64,000 bases of DNA from Burkholderiales bacterium (GTDB lineage Bacteria; Pseudomonadota; Gammaproteobacteria; Burkholderiales; WYBJ01): NCBI GenBank assembly GCA_022841915.1, contig JALHQN010000004.1, positions 280,979 to 344,978 of the forward strand. The letters are read 5' to 3'. Below, in pieces: positions 8,786-18,959 of the stretch. The notes under the pieces were generated by a model. The model was not told the origin of the DNA. It saw nothing but the letters and a program-made list of their open reading frames with translations, and did not search any database. The translations under genes and the position numbers were made by a program. The number at the start of each line of letters is the position of its first letter. The stretch's first letter is position 1.

Positions 8786-10498
8786 ATGTACGATCTCGTC
8801 ATTCGCAACGGCACGGTAGTCGACGGAACCGGGCTGCCGAGGTATCGCGCCGACATCGGCGTGAGCGGCAATCGAATCGCAGCCATCGGTCGGATCGCCG
8901 AGCGAGGCAAGGAGGAGATCGATGCGACCGGGCAAGTGGTCACGCCCGGCTTCATCGACGGGCATACGCACATGGATGCGCAGGTGTTTTGGGATCCGCT
9001 GGGCAGCTGCTCGTGCTGGCACGGCGTGACCACCGCCGTCATGGGCAACTGCGGCTTCACGCTCGCGCCCGGCTCCGCCGAGCAGCGCGATCTCATCATC
9101 AGCAACATCTCGCGCGCCGAAGACATCTCCACCGAGGCGATGGCGGCTGCCATCGACTGGGACTGGACCTCGTTTCGCGACTACATGGGCGTCGTCGACA
9201 AGCTGCCCAAGACCATCAACTATGCCGCCAACATCGGTCATTCCGCGCTGCGCACGCACATCATGGGCACACGCGCCTTCGAGCAGCATGCCAACGCCGA
9301 CGACCTGGGAGCGATGGAAAAGGAACTGCTCGATGCGATGGATGCCGGCGCCATCGGCTTCACCAGTTCGCTCTCGAACGGACACAAACTGCCGGAACCG
9401 GATAATCGACCGGTCGCTTCCTATCACGCGTCGTGGGACGAGCTGAGTCATCTCGTCTGCCTGATGGGCAAGACCGGGCGCGGCATATTCGAGTATGCGC
9501 GGGAGCGTGAGTCGCGCGCCAAGGATCCGCAGGTGCGCAAGGCGGTCAACGATCGGTTGAAGGATCTCGCCGTGAAGAGCGGTGTGCCCATCACCTTCGG
9601 CATCCCTTCGGGGAGCGAGGGCACCCAAGACGCGCTGAATCTGCTCGATGCCACGGCTGCAGAGGGCGGGCGCATGTTCGGCCAGACGCATACGCGCGGC
9701 ATCTCGCATGTGCTCTCGTTCAAGGGCCGCCTGCAGTTCGACGACTTTCCCGAGTGGGCGCAGGTGCGCGCCCTGCCGCTCGAGGCGCAACGCAAGGCGT
9801 TCAGCGATCCGCAGACGCGCAAGGCGCTGGCCGAGGCGACCAGGCGCGGCGGCTATCGCACCGGCGGCGGCGAGCCGCGCGCACCCGACTACGACAACAT
9901 GTATGTGGTCTACAGCGCGGTGTCGAAGAACCCCACGGTCGCCGAGCTGGCTGCCAAGCGCAACGCGGATCCTGTCGAAGTGATGATGGATCTCGCCCTG
10001 GAAAGCGATTTCAACCAGCTCTTCATGCAGTTCGACATCTCGACCGTGCCGAAGAACGACGTCGAGGCGCTGGCCACCTTGCGCCATCCGCGCACGGTCA
10101 TGACCTTCTCCGATTCCGGAGCGCACGTCAGCCTCATCATGGATTCCTCCATCCATACGCATCTGCTCGCCTACTGGGTGCGCGAGCGGCAGGCGTTCTC
10201 GCTCGAGGAAGGCATCAAGATGATCACGCTCGCACCCGCGGTGGCCTGGGGTTTCACCGATCGGGGTCTGGTGCGCCAAGGCTGCATCGCGGATCTGAAC
10301 ATCTTCGATCCGGCGACGATAGCGCCGCAACTGCCGACGATCGAGAACGATCTGCCCACGGGAGCGCGCCGACTGAAGCAGAAATCGACCGGCATTCTGG
10401 CGACGATCATCGGCGGCAAGGTGGCCTTTCGCGGGGGCGAACACACCGGTACGCTTGCCGGCAAGCTGCTGCGCTCGACGTCCGCCGGTATCCAGTAA
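8786..10498 (+). CDS. N-acyl-D-amino-acid deacylase (D-aminoacylase)-family amidohydrolase
   Basis: 570 aa with a GGAGGA SD. The N-terminus is MYDLVIRNGTVVDGTG...VTPGFIDGHTHMD, followed by the CxxW...MGNCG segment typical of the family. Confidence 0.85.
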   Translation: MYDLVIRNGTVVDGTGLPRYRADIGVSGNRIAAIGRIAERGKEEIDATGQVVTPGFIDGHTHMDAQVFWDPLGSCSCWHGVTTAVMGNCGFTLAPGSAEQRDLIISNISRAEDISTEAMAAAIDWDWTSFRDYMGVVDKLPKTINYAANIGHSALRTHIMGTRAFEQHANADDLGAMEKELLDAMDAGAIGFTSSLSNGHKLPEPDNRPVASYHASWDELSHLVCLMGKTGRGIFEYARERESRAKDPQVRKAVNDRLKDLAVKSGVPITFGIPSGSEGTQDALNLLDATAAEGGRMFGQTHTRGISHVLSFKGRLQFDDFPEWAQVRALPLEAQRKAFSDPQTRKALAEATRRGGYRTGGGEPRAPDYDNMYVVYSAVSKNPTVAELAAKRNADPVEVMMDLALESDFNQLFMQFDISTVPKNDVEALATLRHPRTVMTFSDSGAHVSLIMDSSIHTHLLAYWVRERQAFSLEEGIKMITLAPAVAWGFTDRGLVRQGCIADLNIFDPATIAPQLPTIENDLPTGARRLKQKSTGILATIIGGKVAFRGGEHTGTLAGKLLRSTSAGIQ

Positions 10499-10527
10499 GC
10501 GACTCAGGCAGAAGGCAGGTCCGGATC

Positions 10528-10872
10528 GTGCCCAAGCTCATCAGCTTCGACATCGACGGGACGCTCGAAACGGGCGACCCGCCGGGCCTGATCACCATGG
10601 CGCGAGTGCGTCATGCCCTGGCGTTGGGTTACATCATCGGCAGCTGCTCGGATCGCACCATTGCGCACCAGCAGCGCATGTGGCGCGATCACGACATTCC
10701 CGTCTCCTTCACGGTGCTCAAGCACCACCTGGAGCGGGTACGGATCGAAATCGATGCGGAAGTCTACGTGCACATCGGCGATACTCACGCCGACGAGTAC
10801 TACGCCGAGAAAGCCGGGTTCGTGTATTACTTCCCCGACGACTCCATCGATCACCTGTGGTCGGCCACTTGA
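10528..10872 (+). CDS. Small HAD-superfamily hydrolase-like protein
   Basis: GTG start. The FDIDGTLE motif I (DxDGT) lies at residues 7-14, and GD..D lies near the C-terminus. 114 aa; the start is uncertain. Confidence 0.6.
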   Translation: MPKLISFDIDGTLETGDPPGLITMARVRHALALGYIIGSCSDRTIAHQQRMWRDHDIPVSFTVLKHHLERVRIEIDAEVYVHIGDTHADEYYAEKAGFVYYFPDDSIDHLWSAT

Positions 10873-10933
10873 TGGCTTGATCGCATCATCACGGCCAAGG
10901 CCGCTCGGCCCGGCTCAGCGCGCACACGCATAT

Positions 10934-11164
10934 ATGGACGAACGAACGATGACGACCGCCGCCCCCTCGAGAACCGACGCGTTCTATGATCGCGCACCCT
11001 ATGCCGAAGGCTTCGACATCGGCTATCCGCAAGAGAACCTGGAAGGCGAGATGTACAAGTATCGCTGCCAATCCTGCAAGAAGCTGACGACCGACATCAA
11101 CGGGCGCCTGGAAAATCATGCTGAGGATTGCGCGTACCGGGTGCTGAAGTCTCGGACTGCCTGA
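10934..11164 (+). CDS. Small hypothetical protein with CxxC...HxxxC pattern
   Basis: 76-aa ORF with GC-rich third positions. The CQSC and HAEDC spacing suggests a small zinc-binding module. The SD is weak and no family was recognised. Confidence 0.4.
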   Translation: MDERTMTTAAPSRTDAFYDRAPYAEGFDIGYPQENLEGEMYKYRCQSCKKLTTDINGRLENHAEDCAYRVLKSRTA

Positions 11165-11244
11165 ACCCTCTGCTGCGGAGTGGTCGGCTGATTCGGCGAC
11201 CGGCGCCATGCCTGAGCAGGCGTGGGTCGGCCGGGGCCCATGGC

Positions 11245-11688
11245 CTAAAGCTTGCCCGCGGGCTCCGCGACGAAGATCGGAATCTGGCGCGAGGTCTTCG
11301 CTCGATACTCCTCGTAGGGCGGAAAGGCGGCGACGGCGAGCTGCCACAGCCTCGCGCGCTCGGCCGTATCGGTGACCTCCCGCGTGCGCATCCTCGTGAC
11401 TTCGGTCAGATCGCGGATCTCCACGTTCGCGTCCGCGCGAAGGTTGTACACCCAGACCGGATCGGTGGGCGCGCCGCCTTGCGATCCGACCAGCACGTAG
11501 CCGTCCCCGTCCTTCACGCGCATGAGCGGCGTCTTGCGGATGGCGCCGGTCTTGTTGCCGCGATGCGTCACGATGATGACGGGCAGCCCGGTGTCGCGCA
11601 GCGTCGTGCCCTGCGTGCCGCCGCTGCTCTCGTAGAGCTCGACCTGTTCGCGGACCCAGTCTCGAGGACTCGGAATGTATTGCGCCAT
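11245..11688 (-). CDS. Deazaflavin-dependent nitroreductase-family (DUF385/DDN-like) protein
   Basis: 147 aa. WVREQVELYESSGG...LPVIIVTHRGNKTGAIRKTPLM...GYVLVGSQGGAPTDPVWVYNL...AFPPYEEYRAKTSRQIPIFV is the characteristic pattern of this split beta-barrel family. Confidence 0.8.
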   Translation of the reverse strand: MAQYIPSPRDWVREQVELYESSGGTQGTTLRDTGLPVIIVTHRGNKTGAIRKTPLMRVKDGDGYVLVGSQGGAPTDPVWVYNLRADANVEIRDLTEVTRMRTREVTDTAERARLWQLAVAAFPPYEEYRAKTSRQIPIFVAEPAGKL

Positions 11689-11886
11689 GGGATGCTCCTC
11701 GTCTGAAGCGTTCGGGTTTCGGCGGGTGCCGCTTACCGTGATTCTAGGGGCGTGCGTCGGACAGTAGGGCGCCGGGCTTGCGAGCCTCGTGCTGCAAGTC
11801 GTGGCTGCCTCGCGCCTACAACCCTTGGTGGCGCGCCTGTCACACTGCTAGCATGTACGACACCCGAGGCTGCGGAGAGCATCGCG

Positions 11887-13251
11887 ATGAGCACGTCAGG
11901 CGCGGACTTGTTTCTGGAGGCGCTGCGCAAGCGCGTCGATGCAACGCTGGACGCGTGCACGCGCTGCGGCGATTGCGTGGTGGCGTGTCCGATGGTCGAG
12001 CCAGCCGGGCTCGATCCGGCCAAAGCGGTCGCGATTGCGCAGGGCACCCTCGATTTGCTGGCAGGCGGCGGTGGGACACGCGATGCGGAACGCTGGGCCG
12101 ATGTCTGCACCAATAGCGGCAAGTGCATCCCCGCCTGCAAGCACGGCGTGAATCCGCGTTTCATGGTCAACATGGCGCGCGTTGCTTCCCGTGAGAAGCT
12201 GGGCGCAGATGCGGTGCGCCGTTCGGCGGCTCGGTTCTTCAGCAGCATGAATCGCAGCACCCGGGTGATCTCGCGCCTGCTGCTGGCACCGGAGGTGCTC
12301 GAGCGCCTGGGCCCGCCCTTGCGCGACAAGGCGGCCTACGACGGCGAGCCCGACATCGTTTTCTATACCGGCTGCAACATCGGCAAGACGCCGCACATCG
12401 CCCTGCTCGTGCTCGATGTGCTCGATGCGCTCGAGGTCGAGTACGAAGTGATGGGCGGTGTCGCCACCTGCTGCGGCATCCAGCAATTCAAGCAAGGCGA
12501 TGCCAGGACGGCGGGCCGTGTGGGCTTCAACACGATCGAGCGTCTGGCCCGCCCCGGCGCCTCGCGCGTGATCTCCTGGTGTCCGAGCTGCCAGGTCCAG
12601 ATCGGCGAGATCGCGCTGCCGGCCTACGAAGACGCCCACGGCCGGGTGCCCTTCGATCTGAGCCCGATCGCCGAGTTCTTCGTCGAGCGGCTCGATGACT
12701 TGCGGCGCTTGTTCGTGCACCCGGTGCGCAAGCGCGTGGCGCTCCAGGAGCGTGCGGCCGTCCCAGGCATCATGGTCGCCGTGAAGACGGTACTGCGTGC
12801 GATCCCGGGCCTCGAAGTCGTCGAACTGGACGTGCCCGTGGTGAGCACCCAGGCGAGCCATTTGTCGGTATTGCCCAAGTTCAAGGCGGAGTTGCGCGAG
12901 CGCGAGTTCAAGGCGGCCGCCGACGCCGGGGTGACGACCTTCGCCTCGATCTTTCATGGTTGTCATCGCGAGTTGGTGAAGTTCCAGCCCGACGTGCCCT
13001 TCGAGCTGGTCAACTTCATGGAGTTGATCGGCGAGGCGATGGGTATCCATGTGCCGGATTTGTACAAGCGCCTGCAAGCCATCGGCGACATCGACGCCAT
13101 CATCGCCGACACGACCGACCTGATCGCCGTGCACGGCATGGACCTGGACGAAGTGCGCGAGGCGATCGCCTATGACATGTTCGGCGGGCGCGCGGCGCAG
13201 GCCTTGCCCCCTTCGGCCGTGTCTGAAGCGCAGGGTGCGAAGTCAGTTTAG
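11887..13251 (+). CDS. (Fe-S)-binding protein, HdrD/GlpC-like with CCG domains
   Basis: ATG at 11887. It has two ferredoxin-type clusters (CTRCGDCVVACP and CTNSGKCIPAC) and a cysteine-rich CCG motif (VATCCG). Confidence 0.8.
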   Translation: MSTSGADLFLEALRKRVDATLDACTRCGDCVVACPMVEPAGLDPAKAVAIAQGTLDLLAGGGGTRDAERWADVCTNSGKCIPACKHGVNPRFMVNMARVASREKLGADAVRRSAARFFSSMNRSTRVISRLLLAPEVLERLGPPLRDKAAYDGEPDIVFYTGCNIGKTPHIALLVLDVLDALEVEYEVMGGVATCCGIQQFKQGDARTAGRVGFNTIERLARPGASRVISWCPSCQVQIGEIALPAYEDAHGRVPFDLSPIAEFFVERLDDLRRLFVHPVRKRVALQERAAVPGIMVAVKTVLRAIPGLEVVELDVPVVSTQASHLSVLPKFKAELREREFKAAADAGVTTFASIFHGCHRELVKFQPDVPFELVNFMELIGEAMGIHVPDLYKRLQAIGDIDAIIADTTDLIAVHGMDLDEVREAIAYDMFGGRAAQALPPSAVSEAQGAKSV

Positions 13252-13362
13252 CGGTGCCGAAGCGGCACCGCGTTTGCGGCCCTGCGTGGCAGCGGAGTAT
13301 GCTGGCGAACGATGCTGACTGTCGCGACGACGCGGCGGCGCATCCATCGGGGGAGGGGGAAC

Positions 13363-14388
13363 ATGGAATCGCAACGGGCATCGAGATGCCGGGCGCCTGG
13401 CGAGCATCGGGCCGGTTGCGCCTGGGTGCGGGGCGCGCTGGTGGCCACGATTGGCGCAGTCGTCTTCACACCGGCGTTCGCAGCCGACCAGTCTGGCTAT
13501 CCATCCCGCTCCCTGCGCATGGTGGCGCCGTTCGCACCCGGCGGCGCGACTGATTTCGTCGCCCGACTCATCGCGAACAAGCTGGGTGAGCGTCTCGGGC
13601 AGCAGGTGGTGGTCGACAATCGTGCCGGAGCCAGCGGCAACATCGGCATCGAGATCACGGTGCGCGCCGCGCCCGATGGCTATACCTTGATGACGGTTTC
13701 GAACTCCTTTGCCACCAATGCGGCACTCAACCCCAAACTGACGTTCGATCCGATCAAGGATCTGAAGGCGATCAGCTTGGTGGGTGTCGCTCCGCTGGTG
13801 CTGGTCGTGAATCCATCGGTGGCCGCACGCTCGATTCCTGAACTGGTTTCGCTGGCCAAGAGCAAGCCCGGTTCGCTGAAATACGGATCGTCGGGGACGG
13901 GTGCGAGTCCGCACCTGGCCGGCGAACTGTTCAAGGCGAGCGCGGGTATCGATCTGCTGCACGTGCCTTACAAAGGCTCGGGACCGGCGCTCATCGATAC
14001 GTTGAGCGGCCAGGTCGACATGACGTTCATCAGCATGCTCGTCGTGCGCTCGCACATCAACGCGGGTCGATTGCGGCTGCTGGGCGTGACCACGCCGCAG
14101 CGGATCAAGGCGCTGCCCGATGCGCCGGCGCTAGCCGAGAGCTTGCCCGGCTTCGAAGCCACTTCCTGGTACGGCATCCTCGCCCCCGCAGCCCTCCCGG
14201 CAGCGCTGGTGTCGAGGCTCAATACCGAGATCAACGCGGTGGTGACGTCGGTCGAGGTGGCTCAGCGTCTGTCCAGCGATGGTGTGGAGCCGCGTGCGGT
14301 CACGCCCGCAGCGGCCGCCAAGCATGTCGCCACCGAGATTGCCCGCTGGAAGGCGGTGGCGGAGAAAGCCGGCGTGCGCCTTAATTGA
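13363..14388 (+). CDS. Bug/TctC-family substrate-binding protein (copy 2)
   Basis: GGGAGGGGGA SD before ATG 13363. Signal-like N-terminus, YPSRSLRMVAPFAPGGATD, YKGSGPA. Confidence 0.85.
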   Translation: MESQRASRCRAPGEHRAGCAWVRGALVATIGAVVFTPAFAADQSGYPSRSLRMVAPFAPGGATDFVARLIANKLGERLGQQVVVDNRAGASGNIGIEITVRAAPDGYTLMTVSNSFATNAALNPKLTFDPIKDLKAISLVGVAPLVLVVNPSVAARSIPELVSLAKSKPGSLKYGSSGTGASPHLAGELFKASAGIDLLHVPYKGSGPALIDTLSGQVDMTFISMLVVRSHINAGRLRLLGVTTPQRIKALPDAPALAESLPGFEATSWYGILAPAALPAALVSRLNTEINAVVTSVEVAQRLSSDGVEPRAVTPAAAAKHVATEIARWKAVAEKAGVRLN

Positions 14389-14528
14389 AAGCCGCGCCGC
14401 GCCGCGCCGGGTGGGCGGGCCGTGGATCAGACTGTCATGAGGCTGGTGCGCCGTCGTGTCCGAGCGCTCGGGGCGAGCGCGTTTGATCGTAGAATCGCAG
14501 TTTCATCGTCAGCTCGGATAGGTCATCC

Positions 14529-14768
14529 ATGTCGCAAGCCAAGATCGCTCAGAAGTCGCCGTATGCCGTCGAAGTGGAAGCAGGCAAGAAGTATTGGTGG
14601 TGCGCTTGCGGCCAAAGCAAAAAGCAGCCGTTTTGTGACGGCTCCCACAAAGGGACCGAGTTCAGTCCGATGGAACACCAGGCCCAGACCAGTGGCACCG
14701 TGTACTTCTGCGGCTGCAAGCAGACCAAGAAGTCTCCGTTGTGCGACGGCACCCATAACGGGCTATAG
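14529..14768 (+). CDS. CDGSH iron-sulfur domain protein (two CDGSH motifs)
   Basis: 79 aa with two copies of the motif: [18 protein letters not shown] and [18 protein letters not shown]. Confidence 0.9.
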   Translation: MSQAKIAQKSPYAVEVEAGKKYWWCACGQSKKQPFCDGSHKGTEFSPMEHQAQTSGTVYFCGCKQTKKSPLCDGTHNGL

Positions 14769-14929
14769 CCCAGTCGCAAGACGGATGGGCCGCCGCCGAG
14801 GGCGATGTTCTCGCGATGCGCGAGTCACTCGGTCGATGGCGGCCATGTCCGTCCTTTGCGGTTTGCGCGCGATGCGTTGCGCGTCTTGGACATCCGCATG
14901 AGCATCGATCGATAGTAGGAGCAGGTGAA

Positions 14930-15994
14930 ATGGACAGTGGGCTCGAAGGCGTCATTGCCGCGGAAACGGTGCTCAGTGATACCGACGGCGAGCGTGGCGT
15001 GGTGCTCGTGCGCGGCTACAAGGTGCAGGATCTCATCGCGCAGCACGGCTTCGAGGGTGCGGTGGCCATCTTGTGGGAGGGATTCGCCGGCACGGGGCTC
15101 ACGCGCGACAGTATCCACCGCGAGTTCGCCGAAGCCCGGCAGCTCGCGTACTCGCGTCTGCCGCAGTGGCTCGAAGCGGCCGCCCGGCAGCCGCTGATCG
15201 AAGCCGTGCGCATGTGTCTGGCCGCCGTGCCCGATCAGAGCACGCCGGCGCAGATCGCCGCCGCCTTGCCGGTGGGCATCGCCGCCCTGATTCGGGCCGG
15301 CAAGTCGCTGCCGGCACTCGCCCCCGATCCTGCACTGGGCACCGCCGCGGATTTCCTGCGCATGACACATGGTCGTCCCGTCGATGCGCCCATCGCACGC
15401 GCGCTCGAAACCTACTTCACGGCCGTGATGGACAACGGCTTCAACGCTTCCACGTTCACGGCGCGCGTCGTGGCTTCGACCAAGGCGTCGATCGCCTCCG
15501 CCGTCGTCGGCGGCTATTGCACGTTCACCGGTCCCCTGCACGGCGGGGCGCCCGGACCGACGCTGGAGATGCTCGACGACGCGGCTGCGAGCGGGGACAT
15601 CGACGCCTGGCTGGAACGCAAGCTCTCGACGGGCGGCCGGCTCATGGGTTTCGGTCATCGCGTGTTCCGGGTGCGCGATCCGCGCGCCGACGCCCTGCGC
15701 GAATCGCTGCAGCGCCTCGGGCCGAGCGTCGGCAGGCTGGCCTTCGCAGCCGACTTCGAGCGCCGAGCCCTGGCAGCACTCGCCCGTCACAAGCCCGGCC
15801 GGTCGCTGCAGACCAATCTCGAGATCAATGCGGCGCTGCTGCTCGACGCGGTCGGTCTCGACCGCGAGGCCTTCATGCCGGTGTTTGCCATCGGCCGCAG
15901 CGCAGGCTGGATCGCGCACGCGCTGGAGCAGCAAAAGACAGGCCGGATGATCCGCCCGCTGTCGAAATACGTCGGGCCGCAGCCCGGCGCCTGA
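14930..15994 (+). CDS. Short citrate-synthase-family protein (citrate synthase / citryl-CoA-lyase-like)
   Basis: ATG 14930 after AGGAGCAGG. GLEGVIAAET, GPLHGGA and GFGHRVF motifs are present. At 354 aa it is shorter than canonical GltA. Confidence 0.8.
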   Translation: MDSGLEGVIAAETVLSDTDGERGVVLVRGYKVQDLIAQHGFEGAVAILWEGFAGTGLTRDSIHREFAEARQLAYSRLPQWLEAAARQPLIEAVRMCLAAVPDQSTPAQIAAALPVGIAALIRAGKSLPALAPDPALGTAADFLRMTHGRPVDAPIARALETYFTAVMDNGFNASTFTARVVASTKASIASAVVGGYCTFTGPLHGGAPGPTLEMLDDAAASGDIDAWLERKLSTGGRLMGFGHRVFRVRDPRADALRESLQRLGPSVGRLAFAADFERRALAALARHKPGRSLQTNLEINAALLLDAVGLDREAFMPVFAIGRSAGWIAHALEQQKTGRMIRPLSKYVGPQPGA

Positions 15995-16050
15995 GCCCGG
16001 CATCGGCGGACCGACCCCAACCGAATTCGACCCGATCCGCAGGAGGCGTG

Positions 16051-16767
16051 ATGACCGATCTCGAACTGCTCGAAGAACTGAAGAAGATCGACACCCCCAC
16101 GATCACCAACGTGGTGGCCACCTATCCCGGGCGAGCGCATTGCCTCGAGATGTACAACCCGTGGACCGAGAACTGGTACACCAACAACACGCTGTCGTGC
16201 TGGTATCCCGAACTCGGTCCGATTGCCGGCTACGCGGTGACGTGCACCTACAGCCTGCCCGATCCGAACTTCAAAGGTTTGACGCTGATGGACGTGCTCG
16301 AAGCGATGGACAAGCTCGGCAAGCCGTCCATCTTCTGCTTCCAGCAGAAGTTTCCCGGCGAGATCGCGGACAAGGTGGGCTTGTCGGGCGGCAACATGAC
16401 ATCCGCAATGCGCGCATGCGGCGCCATCGGCGCGGTGACGAACGGTCCGTCGCGCGACATTCACGAGATCCGGCCCATGGGGTTTCAGTATCTGACCCGC
16501 GGCATTTGTGCCGGTCATGGCGCGCAAGCGATCCAGGCGGTGCAGGTGCCGGTGAGCATCGCCGGCATGGATGTGGCACCGGGGGAAATCATTCACATGG
16601 ACGAGAACGGCGCGGTGAAATTTCCCGCCGACCGGCTGGAGGAAGTCGTCCATCACGCCAAAGCCTTGCTCGCCGAGGAAGACGAGCGCGTGGGGCAGAT
16701 GCTGCGCGCGCGAGGGATCGACGAAGTCAGGGCGATCATGAGCGGGCATCAGTACGCGAAGGCTTGA
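16051..16767 (+). CDS. RraA-family protein (RraA / HMG-CHA aldolase / oxaloacetate decarboxylase-like)
   Basis: AGGAGG SD. 238 aa with IDTPTITNV, GGNMTSAMRACGAIGAVTNGPSRD and GDIIHMDENG-like (GEIIHMDENGAV) segments typical of the family. Confidence 0.75.
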   Translation: MTDLELLEELKKIDTPTITNVVATYPGRAHCLEMYNPWTENWYTNNTLSCWYPELGPIAGYAVTCTYSLPDPNFKGLTLMDVLEAMDKLGKPSIFCFQQKFPGEIADKVGLSGGNMTSAMRACGAIGAVTNGPSRDIHEIRPMGFQYLTRGICAGHGAQAIQAVQVPVSIAGMDVAPGEIIHMDENGAVKFPADRLEEVVHHAKALLAEEDERVGQMLRARGIDEVRAIMSGHQYAKA

Positions 16768-16847
16768 GCCGCTCCAACCAGCGCGTTCGAGCGGCGCCTG
16801 CCGATCGGTGCTCGCGTCATTTCGAATTTCAGGAGGAAGGGAAAGCC

Positions 16848-18056
16848 ATGAGTTCAACACCATTCGATTTCGCACCGCTGTTCCCGCCCGGCCTGCCGCC
16901 GGCGGCTGCGCGCTGGACAGGACGGGTCAAGTTCGACTTCACCGGCGGAAACAACGACCCGGACAGAGTCCCGCTCGAGGGCTTGATCGCGGCGGCGAAC
17001 TCGGTGCTCAAGCGCGAAGGCCGCACCCTCGCCACCTACGGCCTGAACAGCGGTCCGCAGGGCTACCTGCCTTTGCGTGAATTTCTGGTGACGAAGCTCA
17101 AGACCGACGCGGCGATCGAATGCAGCGCCGATGACATTCTCATCACGTCGGGGTCGCTGCAAGGCCTGGATCTGGTCAATCGCGCACTGCTGGCTGCCGG
17201 CGATACCGTCATCATCGAGGAAGACTGCTACCAGGGTTCGATCAACCGGCTGACCAAGCTGGGCGTCACGCCGATCGGCATCCCGCTCGACGGCGATGGC
17301 ATGCGCATGGACGCGCTGGCCACTGTGCTGGCCGAACTCGCAGCCAAGGGTATCCGCCCGAAGTACATCTACACCGTGCCGACCGTGCAGAACCCGACCG
17401 CGACGATCATGCCGGTGGCGCGCCGGTTGGAGATGCTGCGCCTCGCCGAGCAGTACGGTGTGCCGATATTCGAGGACGACTGCTACTGCGATCTGGTGTG
17501 GGGCGACAAGCGCCCGCCGGCGATCCATGCCCTGAGCAAAACGGATAACGTGATCCACATCGGATCATTCTCGAAGTGCATCGCGCCGGCGCTGCGACTC
17601 GGGTATCTGGTGGCGCCGTGGGGCGTGCTGTCGCGCATTCTCGCGCTCAAGACCGATGCCGGTTCCGGCGCGCTGGAGCAGATGGTGCTAGCGGAATACG
17701 CGAGCGCGCACTTCTTCAAGCATGTGCCGGTGCTGTGCCAGACCCTGCGCTCCAAGGCCGACACCCTGATGAGTTCGCTGCGCCAGTCGTTCGGCGACGC
17801 CGCGCAGTTCGACGATCCGAAGGGCGGCATCTTCCTGTGGGTGAAACTGCCCGATGCGGTCGATACCATGAAGCTCTACCAGGCGGCGCTCTCGGCCGGG
17901 GTCTGCATCAATCCCGGGCCTGAGTGGTCGGTGAACAAGACGCGCGCCAAGAGCCGGCTGCGGTTGTGCTTCGCCAGTTCCAGCCACGAGGAGATCCAGC
18001 AGGGCGTGGCTGCGTTGGCGGACGTTTGCCGGCGGGAGTTCGGGGTGCCGAAGTAA
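16848..18056 (+). CDS. PLP-dependent aminotransferase (class I/II, PLP fold type I)
   Basis: AGGAGGAAGG SD. 402 aa with YIYTVPTVQNPT, the pyridoxal-lysine context GSFSKCIAPALRLGY, and GGIFLWV. Confidence 0.85.
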   Translation: MSSTPFDFAPLFPPGLPPAAARWTGRVKFDFTGGNNDPDRVPLEGLIAAANSVLKREGRTLATYGLNSGPQGYLPLREFLVTKLKTDAAIECSADDILITSGSLQGLDLVNRALLAAGDTVIIEEDCYQGSINRLTKLGVTPIGIPLDGDGMRMDALATVLAELAAKGIRPKYIYTVPTVQNPTATIMPVARRLEMLRLAEQYGVPIFEDDCYCDLVWGDKRPPAIHALSKTDNVIHIGSFSKCIAPALRLGYLVAPWGVLSRILALKTDAGSGALEQMVLAEYASAHFFKHVPVLCQTLRSKADTLMSSLRQSFGDAAQFDDPKGGIFLWVKLPDAVDTMKLYQAALSAGVCINPGPEWSVNKTRAKSRLRLCFASSSHEEIQQGVAALADVCRREFGVPK

Positions 18057-18183
18057 GCTGGCCGATCGCAAGTCGGCTGTATTCCAGCAGCCACTGCGGC
18101 AGCCTGCCGAAGGACAAGGCTGCCGCCCGTACCGTGCGGCATGCATTCCCTAGCCGCCCATCACGTTGATTAGGAAGCCACCC

Positions 18184-18957
18184 ATGTCTCTCGAGTTCAT
18201 CAAGGTCGAGGTGCAGGATTTCGTCGCCACCGTCACCATGGACCGTCCGCCGGTCAATGCGCAGAACGCGCAGTTCCGCGACGAGTTGATGTCCGTCTTC
18301 GATGCCTTCAACGATCGCGACGACGTGCGTGTCGCCATACTCACCGGGGCGGGCAAGGTGTTTTGCGCCGGCGCCGACATCAAGGAGCGCCGGGGCATGG
18401 TCAAGCAGCCCGGCGACTACGCGCGCCACAACCGCACTGCGCGCGAGTACACGAATTCCATACGCGAATGTGCGATTCCCGTGATCGCGGCGGTCAACGG
18501 CGCGGCGCTGGGCGCAGGCTTCGGCCTGATGGCTGCGTGCGACATCATGATGGCGTCCGACAACGCCGTCTTCGGCATGCCGGAAATCGACGTCGGCCTG
18601 GCGGGCGGCGCGGCCATGTTGTCGCATCTGGTCGGCAAGTCGTTCGGTCGCCGCATCATCTTCACCGGTGATCGCATTCCGGCGCAGGATCTCTACCGCA
18701 TCGGCGTGCTGGTCGCCTGCGTGCCGCGTGAACAGTTGATGGACGAGGCCATGAAGATGGCGCGCACGATCGCGTCCAAGAGTCCGATGGCGATGCGCCT
18801 GGCAAAGAAGGCGTATACCGTGTGCGAGAACATGCCCCAGCGCGACGGCTACCGTTTCGAGCAGGACATCACGGTGCAGCTCTCGCACACCGAGGATGCG
18901 AAGGAGGCGCAGCGCGCCTTCGCCGAGAAACGCCCGCCCGTGTTCAAAGGGCGCTGA
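18184..18957 (+). CDS. Enoyl-CoA hydratase/isomerase (crotonase) family protein
   Basis: 257 aa with RPPVNA, VFCAGADIKE and AAVNGAALGAGFGLMAACDI. The stop lies 2 nt before the next start. Confidence 0.9.
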   Translation: MSLEFIKVEVQDFVATVTMDRPPVNAQNAQFRDELMSVFDAFNDRDDVRVAILTGAGKVFCAGADIKERRGMVKQPGDYARHNRTAREYTNSIRECAIPVIAAVNGAALGAGFGLMAACDIMMASDNAVFGMPEIDVGLAGGAAMLSHLVGKSFGRRIIFTGDRIPAQDLYRIGVLVACVPREQLMDEAMKMARTIASKSPMAMRLAKKAYTVCENMPQRDGYRFEQDITVQLSHTEDAKEAQRAFAEKRPPVFKGR

Positions 18958-18959
18958 GC

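Noticed and set aside
8567-10444. A 625-aa minus-strand ORF lies opposite the D-aminoacylase gene.
   Set aside because: It mirrors a plus-strand gene that has clear amidohydrolase motifs, and its translation is low-complexity (R/A/G/H-rich) with no recognisable domain. The same reasoning applies to 18849-20900(-), 52041-54797(-), 58652-61264(-), 48642-49859(-), 33686-34768(-) and similar long antisense ORFs.
10501-10508. GACTCAGG matches the core of the MITE terminal repeat, suggesting a possible third copy.
   Set aside because: Only an 8-mer matches. The adjacent bases do not continue the repeat (no ACAC), and no partner end occurs within a few hundred bp.
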